A stretch of 64,000 bases of DNA from an uncultured Alphaproteobacteria bacterium. Its GTDB lineage: Bacteria > Pseudomonadota > Alphaproteobacteria > Bin95. The stretch covers positions 3,566 through 67,565 of the forward strand of contig CAXBDI010000001.1 in assembly GCA_963974445.1 (NCBI GenBank), in the 5' to 3' direction. Made by a program: the position numbers and the translations under genes. The notes under the pieces were generated by a model, which ran no database searches, was not told where the DNA came from, and saw nothing but the letters and a program-made list of their open reading frames with translations. Positions 27,649 to 37,300 of this stretch are shown here, piece after piece. Positions within the stretch are counted from its first letter, which is position 1; every line of letters starts with the position of its first letter.

Positions 27649-28298
27649 TCGGCTCCACCGTGCGCCTCCAAGATTTCGAGCTGGAGGCCAAGGCGGCACT
27701 GACAGAGACCGCCACCTATGGGCAGGCGGAGGTCGATGCGATTCGGCGCAGCGCCTTCGCTGCCGGGCGGGCCGACGGCCAGGCCGCCGCCGCAAAAGCC
27801 GCTGCTGCGGCCGATGCCGACCGGCTCACCGCTGTCGACCGCATGGTTCAGCAGGCCGCCGACCTCAGTCAGGAGGTCGATGTGCTGCTGGACCAGAGCC
27901 TGGATCGCCTGGAGAGCGTTCTGCGCGCCGCGCTGACCATCGCGCTGCCGGCCGTGGCTGCCAGCGAGGCGATGGATCGACTCTCCGCGGCCTTGCACGA
28001 GGCCGCGGCTGCCGTGCCGCTGCCCTCCATCGAGGTGATCGCGTCACCCGCAACGGTGGAGAGGTTGCGCGCTTGCACCGCCGCTCTGCCTGCCCGCCTT
28101 ATGCTGACCGCCGACGAAGGCATCGCCGACGGCGCCGCACGGTTGCGCTGGCAATCCGGCGGCGCCGATTTTTCCCCGAACGCGGCTGTGGCAGCAATCG
28201 AACAGGCGCTGGAAACATTCCTTGGCCGTCCGGATCACCCCGGCAGCGAGGCCAGCGTCGCCCCCCCGCCAAACCGAAAGACCCATACCGATGCATGA
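27645..28298 (+). CDS. Hypothetical protein, possible FliH-like flagellar assembly protein
   Basis: 217 aa, Ala-rich, coupled to fliF (ATGA overlap) and overlapping fliN start; position matches fliH in many fliF operons, but sequence support is weak. Confidence 0.35.
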   Translation: MIGSTVRLQDFELEAKAALTETATYGQAEVDAIRRSAFAAGRADGQAAAAKAAAAADADRLTAVDRMVQQAADLSQEVDVLLDQSLDRLESVLRAALTIALPAVAASEAMDRLSAALHEAAAAVPLPSIEVIASPATVERLRACTAALPARLMLTADEGIADGAARLRWQSGGADFSPNAAVAAIEQALETFLGRPDHPGSEASVAPPPNRKTHTDA

Positions 28299-28686
28299 TG
28301 ACACCGATGGCCGCGACGCCGACGATACCGACGGTCCCGAGGTCGAGGCGGAAGTCGTCGATGCGGAGGAGATCGACGACGATCAGTCCGCCGCCGACGC
28401 CGAGACCCTTGCTTCGCAGGCGCAGGAGCCAAACTCACGCCGAGCCATATTCTCCGTACCGGTCGAAGTCGTGGTTTGTGTCGGCAAAGCGCTGCCGCCC
28501 ATCGGCGAACTCATCAATATGCGCCGCGACGCCATCATCGTGCTCGACCGGCGCATCGATGACCCGGTCGATATCCGCATTGGCGACCGGGTCATCGCCC
28601 GCGGCGAATTGCAGGAGTTGGAGGATGGCTCTGGCCGGTTGGGCGTGCGAATGACGGAAATCGTGGATGGCGTGTTCGGACGATAG
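28291..28686 (+). CDS. fliN: Flagellar motor switch protein FliN
   Basis: ORF from 28222; ATG 28291 (MHDDTDGRD…); C-terminal SpoA domain …IFSVPVEVVVCVGKALPPIGELINMRRDAIIVLDRRIDDPVDIRIGDRVIARGELQEL…. Confidence 0.8.
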   Translation: MHDDTDGRDADDTDGPEVEAEVVDAEEIDDDQSAADAETLASQAQEPNSRRAIFSVPVEVVVCVGKALPPIGELINMRRDAIIVLDRRIDDPVDIRIGDRVIARGELQELEDGSGRLGVRMTEIVDGVFGR

Positions 28687-28691
28687 CGGCG

Positions 28692-29438
28692 ATGCGATTC
28701 GTTTCCATAGCGCACGCGATGATGGGTTTGGCGGCCGCCGCCGTGGTGCTGGCAGTGCCCGCAGCCGCTGCGGCGCAGTCGATCAACATCGATCTGGGGG
28801 CGGAGGGACAATTGACGCCCCGCCTGATTCAATTGTTCGTCATTATCACGGTGCTCAGCCTTGCGCCCGGTATCCTGATGATGGCGACCACTTTTCCGTT
28901 CATGGTTACGGTGCTGTCGATCCTGCGCCAGGCTATCGGCGTGCAGCAGGCGCCGCCGAACATGATGATGGTCAGCCTGGCGCTGTTCCTCACGCTGTTC
29001 GTGATGGAGCCGGTATTCAATCAGGCCTGGCAGGAAGGCGTGTCGCCTTACATGGAGGCGAATATCACCGAGGAGCAAGCGCTGGAGCGCACGATTGCGC
29101 CCTTTCGCGTCTTTATGGAAGCGCGGGTCAAGGACAACCACAGCGGCCTGATGATGGAATTGGCTGAGGCGCGGATCGGCGACGATGGCCGCATCCCGCT
29201 CTCGGCATTGCTGCCTGCCTTCATGATTACCGAGATCGAGCGGGCGTTTCAGTTCGGCTTCATCGTCTTCCTGCCGTTTTTGGTGATCGACATCGTCGTT
29301 GCGTCGATCCTGATGGCCATGGGCATGATCATGGTGCCGCCGGTGATGATCGCGTTGCCGTTCAAACTGGCGTTCTTTACCGTCAGCAACGGCTGGGAAT
29401 TGATTGCCGGCGCCATGGTGCGGAGCTACGGCGGATGA
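28692..29438 (+). CDS. fliP: Flagellar export apparatus protein FliP
   Basis: 248 aa; signal peptide then conserved FliP segments (…LFVIITVLSLAPGILMMATTFPFMVTVLSILRQAIG…, …GFIVFLPFLVIDIVVASILMAMGMIMVPP…). Confidence 0.9.
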   Translation: MRFVSIAHAMMGLAAAAVVLAVPAAAAAQSINIDLGAEGQLTPRLIQLFVIITVLSLAPGILMMATTFPFMVTVLSILRQAIGVQQAPPNMMMVSLALFLTLFVMEPVFNQAWQEGVSPYMEANITEEQALERTIAPFRVFMEARVKDNHSGLMMELAEARIGDDGRIPLSALLPAFMITEIERAFQFGFIVFLPFLVIDIVVASILMAMGMIMVPPVMIALPFKLAFFTVSNGWELIAGAMVRSYGG

Positions 29439-29746
29439 GCGCCCGCGGCCAACCTCACCGGTCTCGCACGACGGCGCCGGCCGCCGACACCTTGAGCGAC
29501 ATGGTGTCCGCCATCGCCAGACAGGCGCGGGCGGACGGTCTGCCCATCGCTGGCGCCGATGCCCGCGGTTTGGCGCAACTGATGCAGCATCTGGGGTTCG
29601 ATGCGCCGGGCCTGGCCCCGGCGGGCCCGGTCATGGCGCGGCTTCTGGCGGAAATACTGGTGCTGACCGGCGCGCCGTCTCAGCCGCCGCCGCGGCCGAA
29701 GTCAACGGGGCCGACGGATGAAATCACAGGGAAATCGGCTCTATGA
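29435..29746 (+). CDS. Hypothetical protein (103 aa) between fliP and fliG
   Basis: Start overlaps fliP stop and stop overlaps fliG start (both ATGA-type), implying cotranslation; no recognisable domain. Confidence 0.35.
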   Translation: MSARGQPHRSRTTAPAADTLSDMVSAIARQARADGLPIAGADARGLAQLMQHLGFDAPGLAPAGPVMARLLAEILVLTGAPSQPPPRPKSTGPTDEITGKSAL

Positions 29747-30816
29747 GCGATCTGACTGTTTCCGACCTACGCAACCCGTCTATGCCAGGCAGTCTGACAA
29801 CCCGGCGGCCTCTCAATCCTGACGAGAAGGCCGCGATCATCGTCTACAGCTTGGGGCCGGAACGGGCCAAACAGGTGCTCGACCGAATGGACGAGAGCGA
29901 TTACCGCCGCTTCGCTCAGGCGATGAACCGGCTCGGTACGGTCGACGCCGCAACGGTCGAGGACGTATTGACGGAGTTCGCAACCAGCGTCAGCGAACCC
30001 AACACCATGCGCGGCGGGACGGCCGAAACCCGACGGTTCATGGCGCGGTTTCTCGATGCCTCCTACGTCGATCAATTGCTGGGCGATATCAGCGGGCCGG
30101 CCGGCCGCGATATCTGGGAGAAGCTGTCGAACACGTCGGAGCATCACCTGTTTGCCTACCTCAGCAACGAGCAGCCGCAGTCGGTCGCTGTCATCCTCAG
30201 CCGGATCACCGCCAGCAAGGCGGCACAGGTGCTGATGCTGTTTTCCGATGAAAAGGCAAAAGAGATCGTGCGGCGGATGAGCCGGATCGGCAATATCGAT
30301 CGCAGCATTATGAAACAGCTGAAAACGACCCTTCAGCAGGATTTTCAGGCGGTCCTGGAAAAGCAGCGGGGCATCGGCCGGCCGCACGATCTGATTGGCA
30401 GCATGTTCAACCAAATGCCCACGGACAAGGTCGGGCCGTTGATGGAAGCCTTGCAGGCCAGTGACCCGGAAGCGGCTGAAAAAGTTCAGAAAATGATGTT
30501 CACTTTCGCCGATTTCAGCACACGCGTCAGCTCGGCCGATCTGCAGAACGTGATCAAGAATTGTGAGCATGAAACGCTGGTGCAGGCATTGACGCTCGCC
30601 AAGCGCAATGCGCCGGAAATCATGGAGTATTTCTTCAACAACATGTCGAAACGCGTCGCCGGTCAAATGCAGGAGCAAATCGACGAGGGCGGCCCGGTTC
30701 GGATGAAAGACGCGCAGGCCGCACAACAGGAGATCGTCCGCGTTGCGCAGGTCCTTGCGAAGTCCGGCGAGATCCAACTCACGGACGGCGACAGCGAGGA
30801 TGACCAGGTCCTCTGA
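29743..30816 (+). CDS. fliG: Flagellar motor switch protein FliG
   Basis: 357 aa; FliG middle and C-terminal domains (…SEHHLFAYLSNEQPQSVAVILSRI…, …MMFTFADF…, C-terminal …EIVRVAQVLAKSGEI…). Confidence 0.9.
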   Translation: MSDLTVSDLRNPSMPGSLTTRRPLNPDEKAAIIVYSLGPERAKQVLDRMDESDYRRFAQAMNRLGTVDAATVEDVLTEFATSVSEPNTMRGGTAETRRFMARFLDASYVDQLLGDISGPAGRDIWEKLSNTSEHHLFAYLSNEQPQSVAVILSRITASKAAQVLMLFSDEKAKEIVRRMSRIGNIDRSIMKQLKTTLQQDFQAVLEKQRGIGRPHDLIGSMFNQMPTDKVGPLMEALQASDPEAAEKVQKMMFTFADFSTRVSSADLQNVIKNCEHETLVQALTLAKRNAPEIMEYFFNNMSKRVAGQMQEQIDEGGPVRMKDAQAAQQEIVRVAQVLAKSGEIQLTDGDSEDDQVL

Positions 30817-30840
30817 TAGGGGGCCTGTCGCAGCCATGCC

Positions 30841-31455
30841 ATGACAGACCGCATCGACCGCTGGTTGGCATTTGCACACGAACGCTCGGCGGTGCTGTCT
30901 GCAACCCTGCGCCGCGGTATGGCCACAGGCTTGTCGCCGCAGCGGCTGGCACAATGGGGCGAACGGCTGCGAGCAATGCAGGGACAGGCGGCTCTGTTGC
31001 TACCGCAATCGTCCGCGGCGACTGAGACCGGCGACGGCGGAGACGAGATGGCGGCGCTCGGCGGCCTGCCGCGCTATCCCGGTTGGAGCCGCCGCGACTG
31101 GCGGCCTCAGGCGTCGGGGCCTGTGCAATGCTTAACGGTGCACCGCCAAATGGAGCCTGACCCCGAAGACACCGACGATTCACCCAGCGACAACGGCACA
31201 CCATGGCGGTTCGAGCTTGTGGCCGCGTTTGGCGAGGACCGCCAGGCAACGGTGGTCGGGCGTCTCGACCGCGATGCATTGCGGCTGTTGGTGCGCTCGG
31301 ACCAGCCGCTCGGTCCCTCCGCCCGCGCGCACTTGGAACAACTCGTCCGCCGGATGCGGTTGTCGGGCGAGCGTCCGGTTTTGCTGCGTTTCGATGTTGC
31401 GATACGGCCAGATGCACTGCCCGCGCGCCGCGAAGGCGTCGACCGCCGGGCCTGA
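30841..31455 (+). CDS. Hypothetical protein (204 aa) after fliG
   Basis: Open frame with acceptable composition directly after fliG; no recognisable domain; Arg-rich in places, so coding status uncertain. Confidence 0.3.
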   Translation: MTDRIDRWLAFAHERSAVLSATLRRGMATGLSPQRLAQWGERLRAMQGQAALLLPQSSAATETGDGGDEMAALGGLPRYPGWSRRDWRPQASGPVQCLTVHRQMEPDPEDTDDSPSDNGTPWRFELVAAFGEDRQATVVGRLDRDALRLLVRSDQPLGPSARAHLEQLVRRMRLSGERPVLLRFDVAIRPDALPARREGVDRRA

Positions 31456-31488
31456 GCCGTATGTTGGATCGAGTGAGGGGTGGAGGGG

Positions 31489-31562
31489 TGGAGGCGCGAA
31501 CCGGAATCGAACCGGTGTACGAGGATTTGCAGTCCTCTGCATCACCACTCTGCCATCGCGCC
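31489..31562 (-). tRNA. tRNA-Cys (GCA)
   Basis: Reverse complement folds as GGCGCGA/TCGCGCC acceptor, short D-arm, anticodon stem GAGGA/TCCTC with loop CTGCAAA (anticodon GCA), T-arm ACCGG-TTCGATT-CCGGT, discriminator U, encoded CCA. Confidence 0.85.
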
Positions 31563-31897
31563 TCACTGTCGTTGAACGCCATCGCCAGCATCCACCAACC
31601 GGACCCGGGTGCATAGAGCCGAGAGCCGGAAGGGTCAAGGCATTCCTCTATATGGCGCGCCCGCCAGCCGGCGCTAACGGCGAAACAGCGGGCAGCGGGC
31701 TTGGTATTCACTCGGTGGCGCCGAACAGCCGCCGCCGTTACGCCGCCGCAAGGCAGCGGTCCTGCAAAAAAATCGGGTGCGTTTGCGGCCTGTCTATAGT
31801 ATTCGCCATAGACAGGAAGTCGGCGCTTAGCAATGGCTTCCGGGTGCGTCGGGCGATCCTGGAGATCGCGCCGCCGTGGCACTTCCTCTCGATCATC

Positions 31898-32572
31898 ATG
31901 GATCTGATGCCCGCTATGACCAATTTTGCCATCGCCCGCCGTAATATGGTGGATAGCCAACTGCGCACCAGCAAAGTCACCGACGAGCGCTTGGTGGCGG
32001 CAATGGCGGCCATCCGGCGGGAGGAGTTCGTGCCCGCCAGCCGGCGTCCGGTCGCCTATGTCGATGAGGCGTTGCCGGTGGCTCCCGGTCGTTACCTGCC
32101 GGCGCCGTTGGTGGCAGCCCGCCTTTACCAGATGGCAACACCGACGCCGGACGATCTTGTGCTGTTGGTCGGTGCCGGCACCGGCTACGGCGCGGCGGTG
32201 CTGGGCCGCCTGGTCAGTGCCGTCGTCGCCCTTGAGTGCGACAACGAACTGGCAGCCATGGCGGAGCAGGCGTTGGCCGCCGCCGAGATCGACAACGTTA
32301 TCGTGGCGGAGGGGCCGTTGGAGGAGGGGTGGGAGAAACAAGCGCCCTATGACATCATTGCCTTTGAAGGGGCGATTGCCGAGGTGCCGGAGGCGATCCT
32401 GTCGCAACTGGCGCCGAACGGCCGTATCGTCGCTGCGATGATCGGGGCGAATGACATTCCGGTCGCGACCATTTTGTGGAAAACCCCCACCAGTGTTGCG
32501 GCCGAGTCGGTGTTCGATGCTAATATCCCGACATTACCTGGATTCGAGCGGGTACGGGAGTTTGAATTTTGA
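31898..32572 (+). CDS. pcm: Protein-L-isoaspartate O-methyltransferase
   Basis: Within ORF 31217..32572; candidate starts 31898/31907/31916; …LLVGAGTGYGAAVL… SAM-binding motif and PIMT C-terminus; 5' part of the track ORF is Arg-rich and non-coding. Confidence 0.8.
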   Translation: MDLMPAMTNFAIARRNMVDSQLRTSKVTDERLVAAMAAIRREEFVPASRRPVAYVDEALPVAPGRYLPAPLVAARLYQMATPTPDDLVLLVGAGTGYGAAVLGRLVSAVVALECDNELAAMAEQALAAAEIDNVIVAEGPLEEGWEKQAPYDIIAFEGAIAEVPEAILSQLAPNGRIVAAMIGANDIPVATILWKTPTSVAAESVFDANIPTLPGFERVREFEF

Positions 32573-33948
32573 ACCGTTTTCTGACTGTTAGTGCGATAGG
32601 CTTGGGTTTTGCGGTCTGCATCCCGAATCTGGCCGCGGCACAGACGCTGTTGGAAACATTCGCCGCCGCCTATTCGACCAACCCCAGCTTGGAGGCACGA
32701 CGCGCCCAGTTGCGGGGCGCCGATGAAAACGTCAACCAGGCACTCAGTCTGTGGCGTCCGACGGTAACCGCCAGCGGATCTGCCGGTGTCGGCTATTTCC
32801 GTTCGACCCCGTCCTCAAACCCCGAACAGGTTCGCACACCGACCCAATTGCAGTTGGAGTTGAACCAGCCGCTATACCGGGGCGGTCGCAATGCGGCGTC
32901 GCTGTCTCAAGCCGAAAACGCAGTCTTGGCCGAGCGTGCCGGCCTTATGGTGGTGGAGCAGAGCGTCTTTCAGCAGGCTGGCACCGCCTTTATGAATGTA
33001 GTGCGCGACCAGGCGGTGGTGGAACTGAATGTCAGCAACGAAGAGGTGTTGCGCCGCCAATTGCAGGCAACACGCGACCGCTTCGAGGTGGGCGAGGTCA
33101 CACGGACAGATGTCAGCCAGGCGGAAGCACGGCTGTCGCGGGCTATCGCCGACCGCCGGTCAGCCGAAGGCGATCTGGAGACCTCGCGCGCCGACTACGA
33201 GCAGGTGGTCGGCATGGCGCCGGGGATACTGGTGCAACCGGCGGTGCTGCCGAACTTGCCGAGATCGCGCCGCGAAGCCATCGAGCGCAGCCAGGTCGAT
33301 AATCCCGAGGTAATCCAGGCGATCTTCACCCACCTCTCCGCCACGCACAATGTCGACGTGATCAACGGTGAGAGGTTGCCGAGCGCCTCTCTGGTCGGGC
33401 AATTGCAGCGTAACGCCGATACGTCGCAGTTCGTCCAAAAAGCCTACAATGCCCAGGCGACCGCGCAGGTGGTGATCCCGCTGTATCAGTCCGGCTCCGT
33501 GCGCTCGCGCGTGCGCCAGGCGAAGCAGGTGGCCTCGCAACGGCTGATCCAAATCGAGGAGGCGCGCCGTGCCGCCATCGAAAGCGCCACCGCCGGGTGG
33601 GAGCAGCTTTCGGCTACCCGCAACCGCATTCAGGCGTTGGAGGCGGAGGTCCAGTCACAGGAAATCGCCCTCGACGGCGTCAAGCAGGAGGCTCTGGTGG
33701 GCACCCGCACCGTGCTCGAAGTGCTGAATGCGGAGCAAGAGTTGCTGAACGCCAAGGTTAATCTGGTGGCGGCGCGACGCGACGAGGTTGTGGCCGCCCT
33801 GTCGCTCGCTTCAGCCGTCGGCTTGCTGGCCGCCGAACCATTGGAACTGGACGTGCCGCGCTATGACGTGCGCGCGCACTACGAGCGGGTTCGCGGCGCC
33901 TGGTTCGGCACCGACGTCGGCAGCCCGTGGCGCCCGACCGACCAGTAG
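32569..33948 (+). CDS. tolC: TolC-family outer membrane efflux protein
   Basis: 459 aa, signal peptide, two OEP repeats (…LSLWRPTVTASGSAGVGYF…, …RFEVGEVTRTDVSQAEARL…); conserved pcm-tolC synteny. Confidence 0.85.
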   Translation: MNRFLTVSAIGLGFAVCIPNLAAAQTLLETFAAAYSTNPSLEARRAQLRGADENVNQALSLWRPTVTASGSAGVGYFRSTPSSNPEQVRTPTQLQLELNQPLYRGGRNAASLSQAENAVLAERAGLMVVEQSVFQQAGTAFMNVVRDQAVVELNVSNEEVLRRQLQATRDRFEVGEVTRTDVSQAEARLSRAIADRRSAEGDLETSRADYEQVVGMAPGILVQPAVLPNLPRSRREAIERSQVDNPEVIQAIFTHLSATHNVDVINGERLPSASLVGQLQRNADTSQFVQKAYNAQATAQVVIPLYQSGSVRSRVRQAKQVASQRLIQIEEARRAAIESATAGWEQLSATRNRIQALEAEVQSQEIALDGVKQEALVGTRTVLEVLNAEQELLNAKVNLVAARRDEVVAALSLASAVGLLAAEPLELDVPRYDVRAHYERVRGAWFGTDVGSPWRPTDQ

Positions 33949-33968
33949 CCGCAGAAGGACCCCACACG

Positions 33969-34457
33969 ATGACGGACAATCTGCGCGATCTCGATCCTAA
34001 TCTGTCCGCCAGAATCCGCCGGCTGGCTGCAGGAGGCTCCGAGACCGATATGGCGAAAGACGGGAAGCCGTTGGAACTGACAGCCGTCGCCGCACCCGAT
34101 GAAGAGCCGTTGTTGCTGACCGAGCGGGCAAGCGGTGCAGCCTCGGCGAGCGCTGGCCGGGAGGCGCAGCGGCAACCCCCACTACGGCCAACCGCCGCGA
34201 GCCCTGCCGATCACTCGATCAGCGGCACGCTTGCGAAACTCGATGCGCGCAAAGCAGATCTGGAGGCTGGCAACCGCCCCAACGCCATCAAAGCCGCCAC
34301 CCCCACCGTCTCTGACCGGCCGCTCGACGAACTGGTCCTGGAGGCTGTCCGCCCGATGGTTGCCGATTGGCTCGACGGTAATTTGGAGCGGATCGTCCGC
34401 GAAGAGGTGGCGAAGGCCGTGGCTGCCCGTCAGGGCGACGACAGGGCGGCCGACTAA
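33969..34457 (+). CDS. DUF2497-family protein
   Basis: ORF from 33927; ATG 33969 (MTDNLRDLDPNL…); C-terminal …LDELVLEAVRPMVADWLDGNLERIVREEVAKAV… typical of DUF2497 proteins found between tolC and valS in Rhizobiales-like genomes. Confidence 0.6.
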   Translation: MTDNLRDLDPNLSARIRRLAAGGSETDMAKDGKPLELTAVAAPDEEPLLLTERASGAASASAGREAQRQPPLRPTAASPADHSISGTLAKLDARKADLEAGNRPNAIKAATPTVSDRPLDELVLEAVRPMVADWLDGNLERIVREEVAKAVAARQGDDRAAD

Positions 34458-34593
34458 GCGGCGCCCGGCCGACCTTAACGTCCGACGGCCCCTGCCGGGA
34501 GCGCCTCATGCCGCGGCGAAAAAATCCGGCAATCCGGTTATTGTCCGCGCTTCATCCGGCTCGTTTCACACTTCGAGCCGCAGGAGAGCTGTC

Positions 34594-37275
34594 ATGCCCG
34601 ACACCATCACGCCCGCCGATAAGGCTCCGCTCGACAAAACCTTCGCGTCTGCGGAAGTCGAGGCCCGCCACTATGCGGCCTGGCAGAAAGCCGGCGCTTT
34701 CGCCGCCGACCCACAGTCGAACAAAGCGCCCTACACCATCATCATGCCGCCGCCGAACGTCACCGGCAGCCTGCACATGGGCCATGGCCTGACCTTCACC
34801 CTGCAAGACGTGCTGATCCGCTATCACCGCATGGCCGGCCGCGACGCGCTGTGGCAGCCGGGCCAGGACCACGCCGGCATCGCGACGCAAATGGTGGTGG
34901 AGCGGCGACTGGCGGAGCAGGGCGTCACGCGCCAGGACCTGGGCCGCGAGGCCTTCATCGACAAGGTGTGGGAGTGGAAGGCGGAGAGCGGCGGCACAAT
35001 TTCCAACCAGTTGAAGCGCTTGGGTGCGTCTGCCGACTGGCCGCGCGACCGCTTCACTATGGACGAAGGCGTCTCCAAAGCCGTCCGCAAGGTGTTCGTC
35101 GATCTCTATAAGGAAGGCTTGATCTACAAGGACCAGCGGTTGGTCAACTGGGACCCGGCGCTGGAGACCGCGATCAGCGATCTGGAGGTCGAGCAGCAGG
35201 AGGTCAAAGGCCATCTCTGGTATTTCAAATACCCGGTGGAGGGCCAGCCCGACCGCTTCCTGACCGTCGCCACCACTCGGCCCGAGACGATGTTGGGCGA
35301 TACCGCCGTCGCCGTGCATCCCCATGACGAGCGCTACCAGGATCTGATCGGCAAGCATTGCATCCTGCCCATCGTCGGACGTCGTATTCTGATCGTCGCC
35401 GACGACTATGCCGATCCGGAGACAGGCTCCGGCGCGGTGAAAATCACGCCCGCCCATGATTTCAATGACTTCGAGGTGGGACGCCGGCACGATCTGGAGA
35501 TGATCAACGTCCTCGACCGCAAGGGTTGCCTGAACGAGAACGCACCGCCGGCCTACCAGGGGCTCGACCGGTTCGAGGCACGCAAAAAGGTCGTGGTCGA
35601 GATCGAAGAACTGGGTCTCTTGGAGAAGACCGAACCGCACACGCACCAGGTGCCTTATGGCGACCGCGGCGGCGTGCCGATAGAGCCCTACCTGACCGAA
35701 CAATGGTATGTGGACGCCGCAACCCTGGCGAAACCGGCCATCGAGGCGGTGGAGACCGGGCGCACCAAGTTCGTGCCGGAAAACTGGTCCAAGACCTATT
35801 TCGAGTGGATGCGCAACATCCAGCCCTGGTGCATCAGCCGCCAACTCTGGTGGGGCCACCAAATCCCGGCCTGGTACGGGCCGGACGGCGAAATCTTCGT
35901 GGCGGAAGACGAAGACGGCGCCAAGGCGCTGGCCCGCACCCACTATGGCGAGGACAAGCCGATTGAGCGCGACCCGGACGTGCTCGACACCTGGTTCTCG
36001 TCCGGGCTCTGGCCGTTCTCGACCCTCGGCTGGCCGGACAAGACGCCGGAGTTGGAGCGCTACTACCCGGGCGACGTGCTGGTCACTGGCTTCGACATCA
36101 TCTTCTTCTGGGTCGCCCGCATGATGATGCTGGGCATCCACTTCATGGGCGACGTGCCGTTCCGCACCGTCTATATCCACGCGCTGGTCCGCGATGAGAA
36201 GGGCCAGAAGATGTCGAAATCCAAGGGCAATATCATCGACCCGCTGGAGGTCATCGACGAATACTCCGCCGACAGCCTGCGCTTCACGCTGGCCGTGATG
36301 GCGGCGCAGGGCCGGGACATCAAACTGGCCAAAAACCGCGTGGAAGGCTACCGCAATTTCGGCACGAAACTCTGGAATGCCGCGCGTTTCTGCGAGATGA
36401 ATCAGTGCGCATTGCCCGCGGACTTCGACCCGACAGCGGTCTCTCAGACCGTCAACAAATGGATCATCGGCGAGACGGCGCGTGTTGTTGCCGAAACCGC
36501 CAAAGGCATCGAGGCGTACAAGTTTAACGAGGCGGCAGGCGGCCAGTATCAGTTCGTCTGGAACACCTTCTGCGACTGGTACCTGGAATTCATCAAGCCG
36601 ATCCTGAACGGTTCCGACGCCGCCGCGATTGCCGAGACGCGGGCGACGGCGGCGTGGGCGCTGGATCAGATCATGCTGATGCTGCACCCGTTCATGCCCT
36701 TCATTACCGAAGAGTTGAACGAGCATTTCCGCTTCGTGCCGGACCGCCCGCTGATCTCCGCCGCATGGCCAGATTTCGGCGACACCCTGGCGGTGACGGA
36801 TGCCAAGGCGGAGATGGACTGGGTCGTCCGCCTGATCACCGAAGTCCGCGCCGTGCGGGCGGAGACGAACGTGCCGGCGGGCGCGAAAATCCCCGCCCTG
36901 GTGCAAGGCGCAAATGCCGAGACTCTGGCGCGCCTGGGCCGGCACAACGACTATATCCTGCGCCTCGCCCGCCTGACCGGTGTGCAGCCGGCAGACGCCA
37001 TGCCGAAAGGCGCGGTGCAGATCGTCCTTGACGAGGCGACGTTTGCGCTGCCGCTCGCGGATATTATCGACATTGCAGCGGAGCGGGATCGGCTCGCCAA
37101 GGCCATCGAGAAGACCGAGAAGGAAATCGGCGGCATCGACAAACGCCTCTCCAACCCCGGGTTTCTCGCCAAGGCCGATCCGCAGGTGGTCGAGGAAACC
37201 CGCGACAAACGGGCCGCACTGGCCGAACAACGCGACAAGCTCGCCGCCGCGGTCACCCGTCTGGCGGAGATGTAA
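34594..37275 (+). CDS. valS: Valine--tRNA ligase
   Basis: ATG 34594 after GGAGAG; HIGH motif (PNVTGSLHMGHG), KMSKS (KMSKSKGN), C-terminal coiled coil; 893 aa. Confidence 0.95.
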   Translation: MPDTITPADKAPLDKTFASAEVEARHYAAWQKAGAFAADPQSNKAPYTIIMPPPNVTGSLHMGHGLTFTLQDVLIRYHRMAGRDALWQPGQDHAGIATQMVVERRLAEQGVTRQDLGREAFIDKVWEWKAESGGTISNQLKRLGASADWPRDRFTMDEGVSKAVRKVFVDLYKEGLIYKDQRLVNWDPALETAISDLEVEQQEVKGHLWYFKYPVEGQPDRFLTVATTRPETMLGDTAVAVHPHDERYQDLIGKHCILPIVGRRILIVADDYADPETGSGAVKITPAHDFNDFEVGRRHDLEMINVLDRKGCLNENAPPAYQGLDRFEARKKVVVEIEELGLLEKTEPHTHQVPYGDRGGVPIEPYLTEQWYVDAATLAKPAIEAVETGRTKFVPENWSKTYFEWMRNIQPWCISRQLWWGHQIPAWYGPDGEIFVAEDEDGAKALARTHYGEDKPIERDPDVLDTWFSSGLWPFSTLGWPDKTPELERYYPGDVLVTGFDIIFFWVARMMMLGIHFMGDVPFRTVYIHALVRDEKGQKMSKSKGNIIDPLEVIDEYSADSLRFTLAVMAAQGRDIKLAKNRVEGYRNFGTKLWNAARFCEMNQCALPADFDPTAVSQTVNKWIIGETARVVAETAKGIEAYKFNEAAGGQYQFVWNTFCDWYLEFIKPILNGSDAAAIAETRATAAWALDQIMLMLHPFMPFITEELNEHFRFVPDRPLISAAWPDFGDTLAVTDAKAEMDWVVRLITEVRAVRAETNVPAGAKIPALVQGANAETLARLGRHNDYILRLARLTGVQPADAMPKGAVQIVLDEATFALPLADIIDIAAERDRLAKAIEKTEKEIGGIDKRLSNPGFLAKADPQVVEETRDKRAALAEQRDKLAAAVTRLAEM

Positions 37276-37300
37276 ACCGGTCGCGCGCAAGGCGGGGCCT

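Noticed and set aside
30779-32407. 542-aa minus-strand ORF spanning the fliG-tRNA-pcm region
   Set aside because: Extremely Arg/Pro/Gly-rich, antisense to pcm and overlapping a tRNA; typical spurious long ORF in high-GC DNA.
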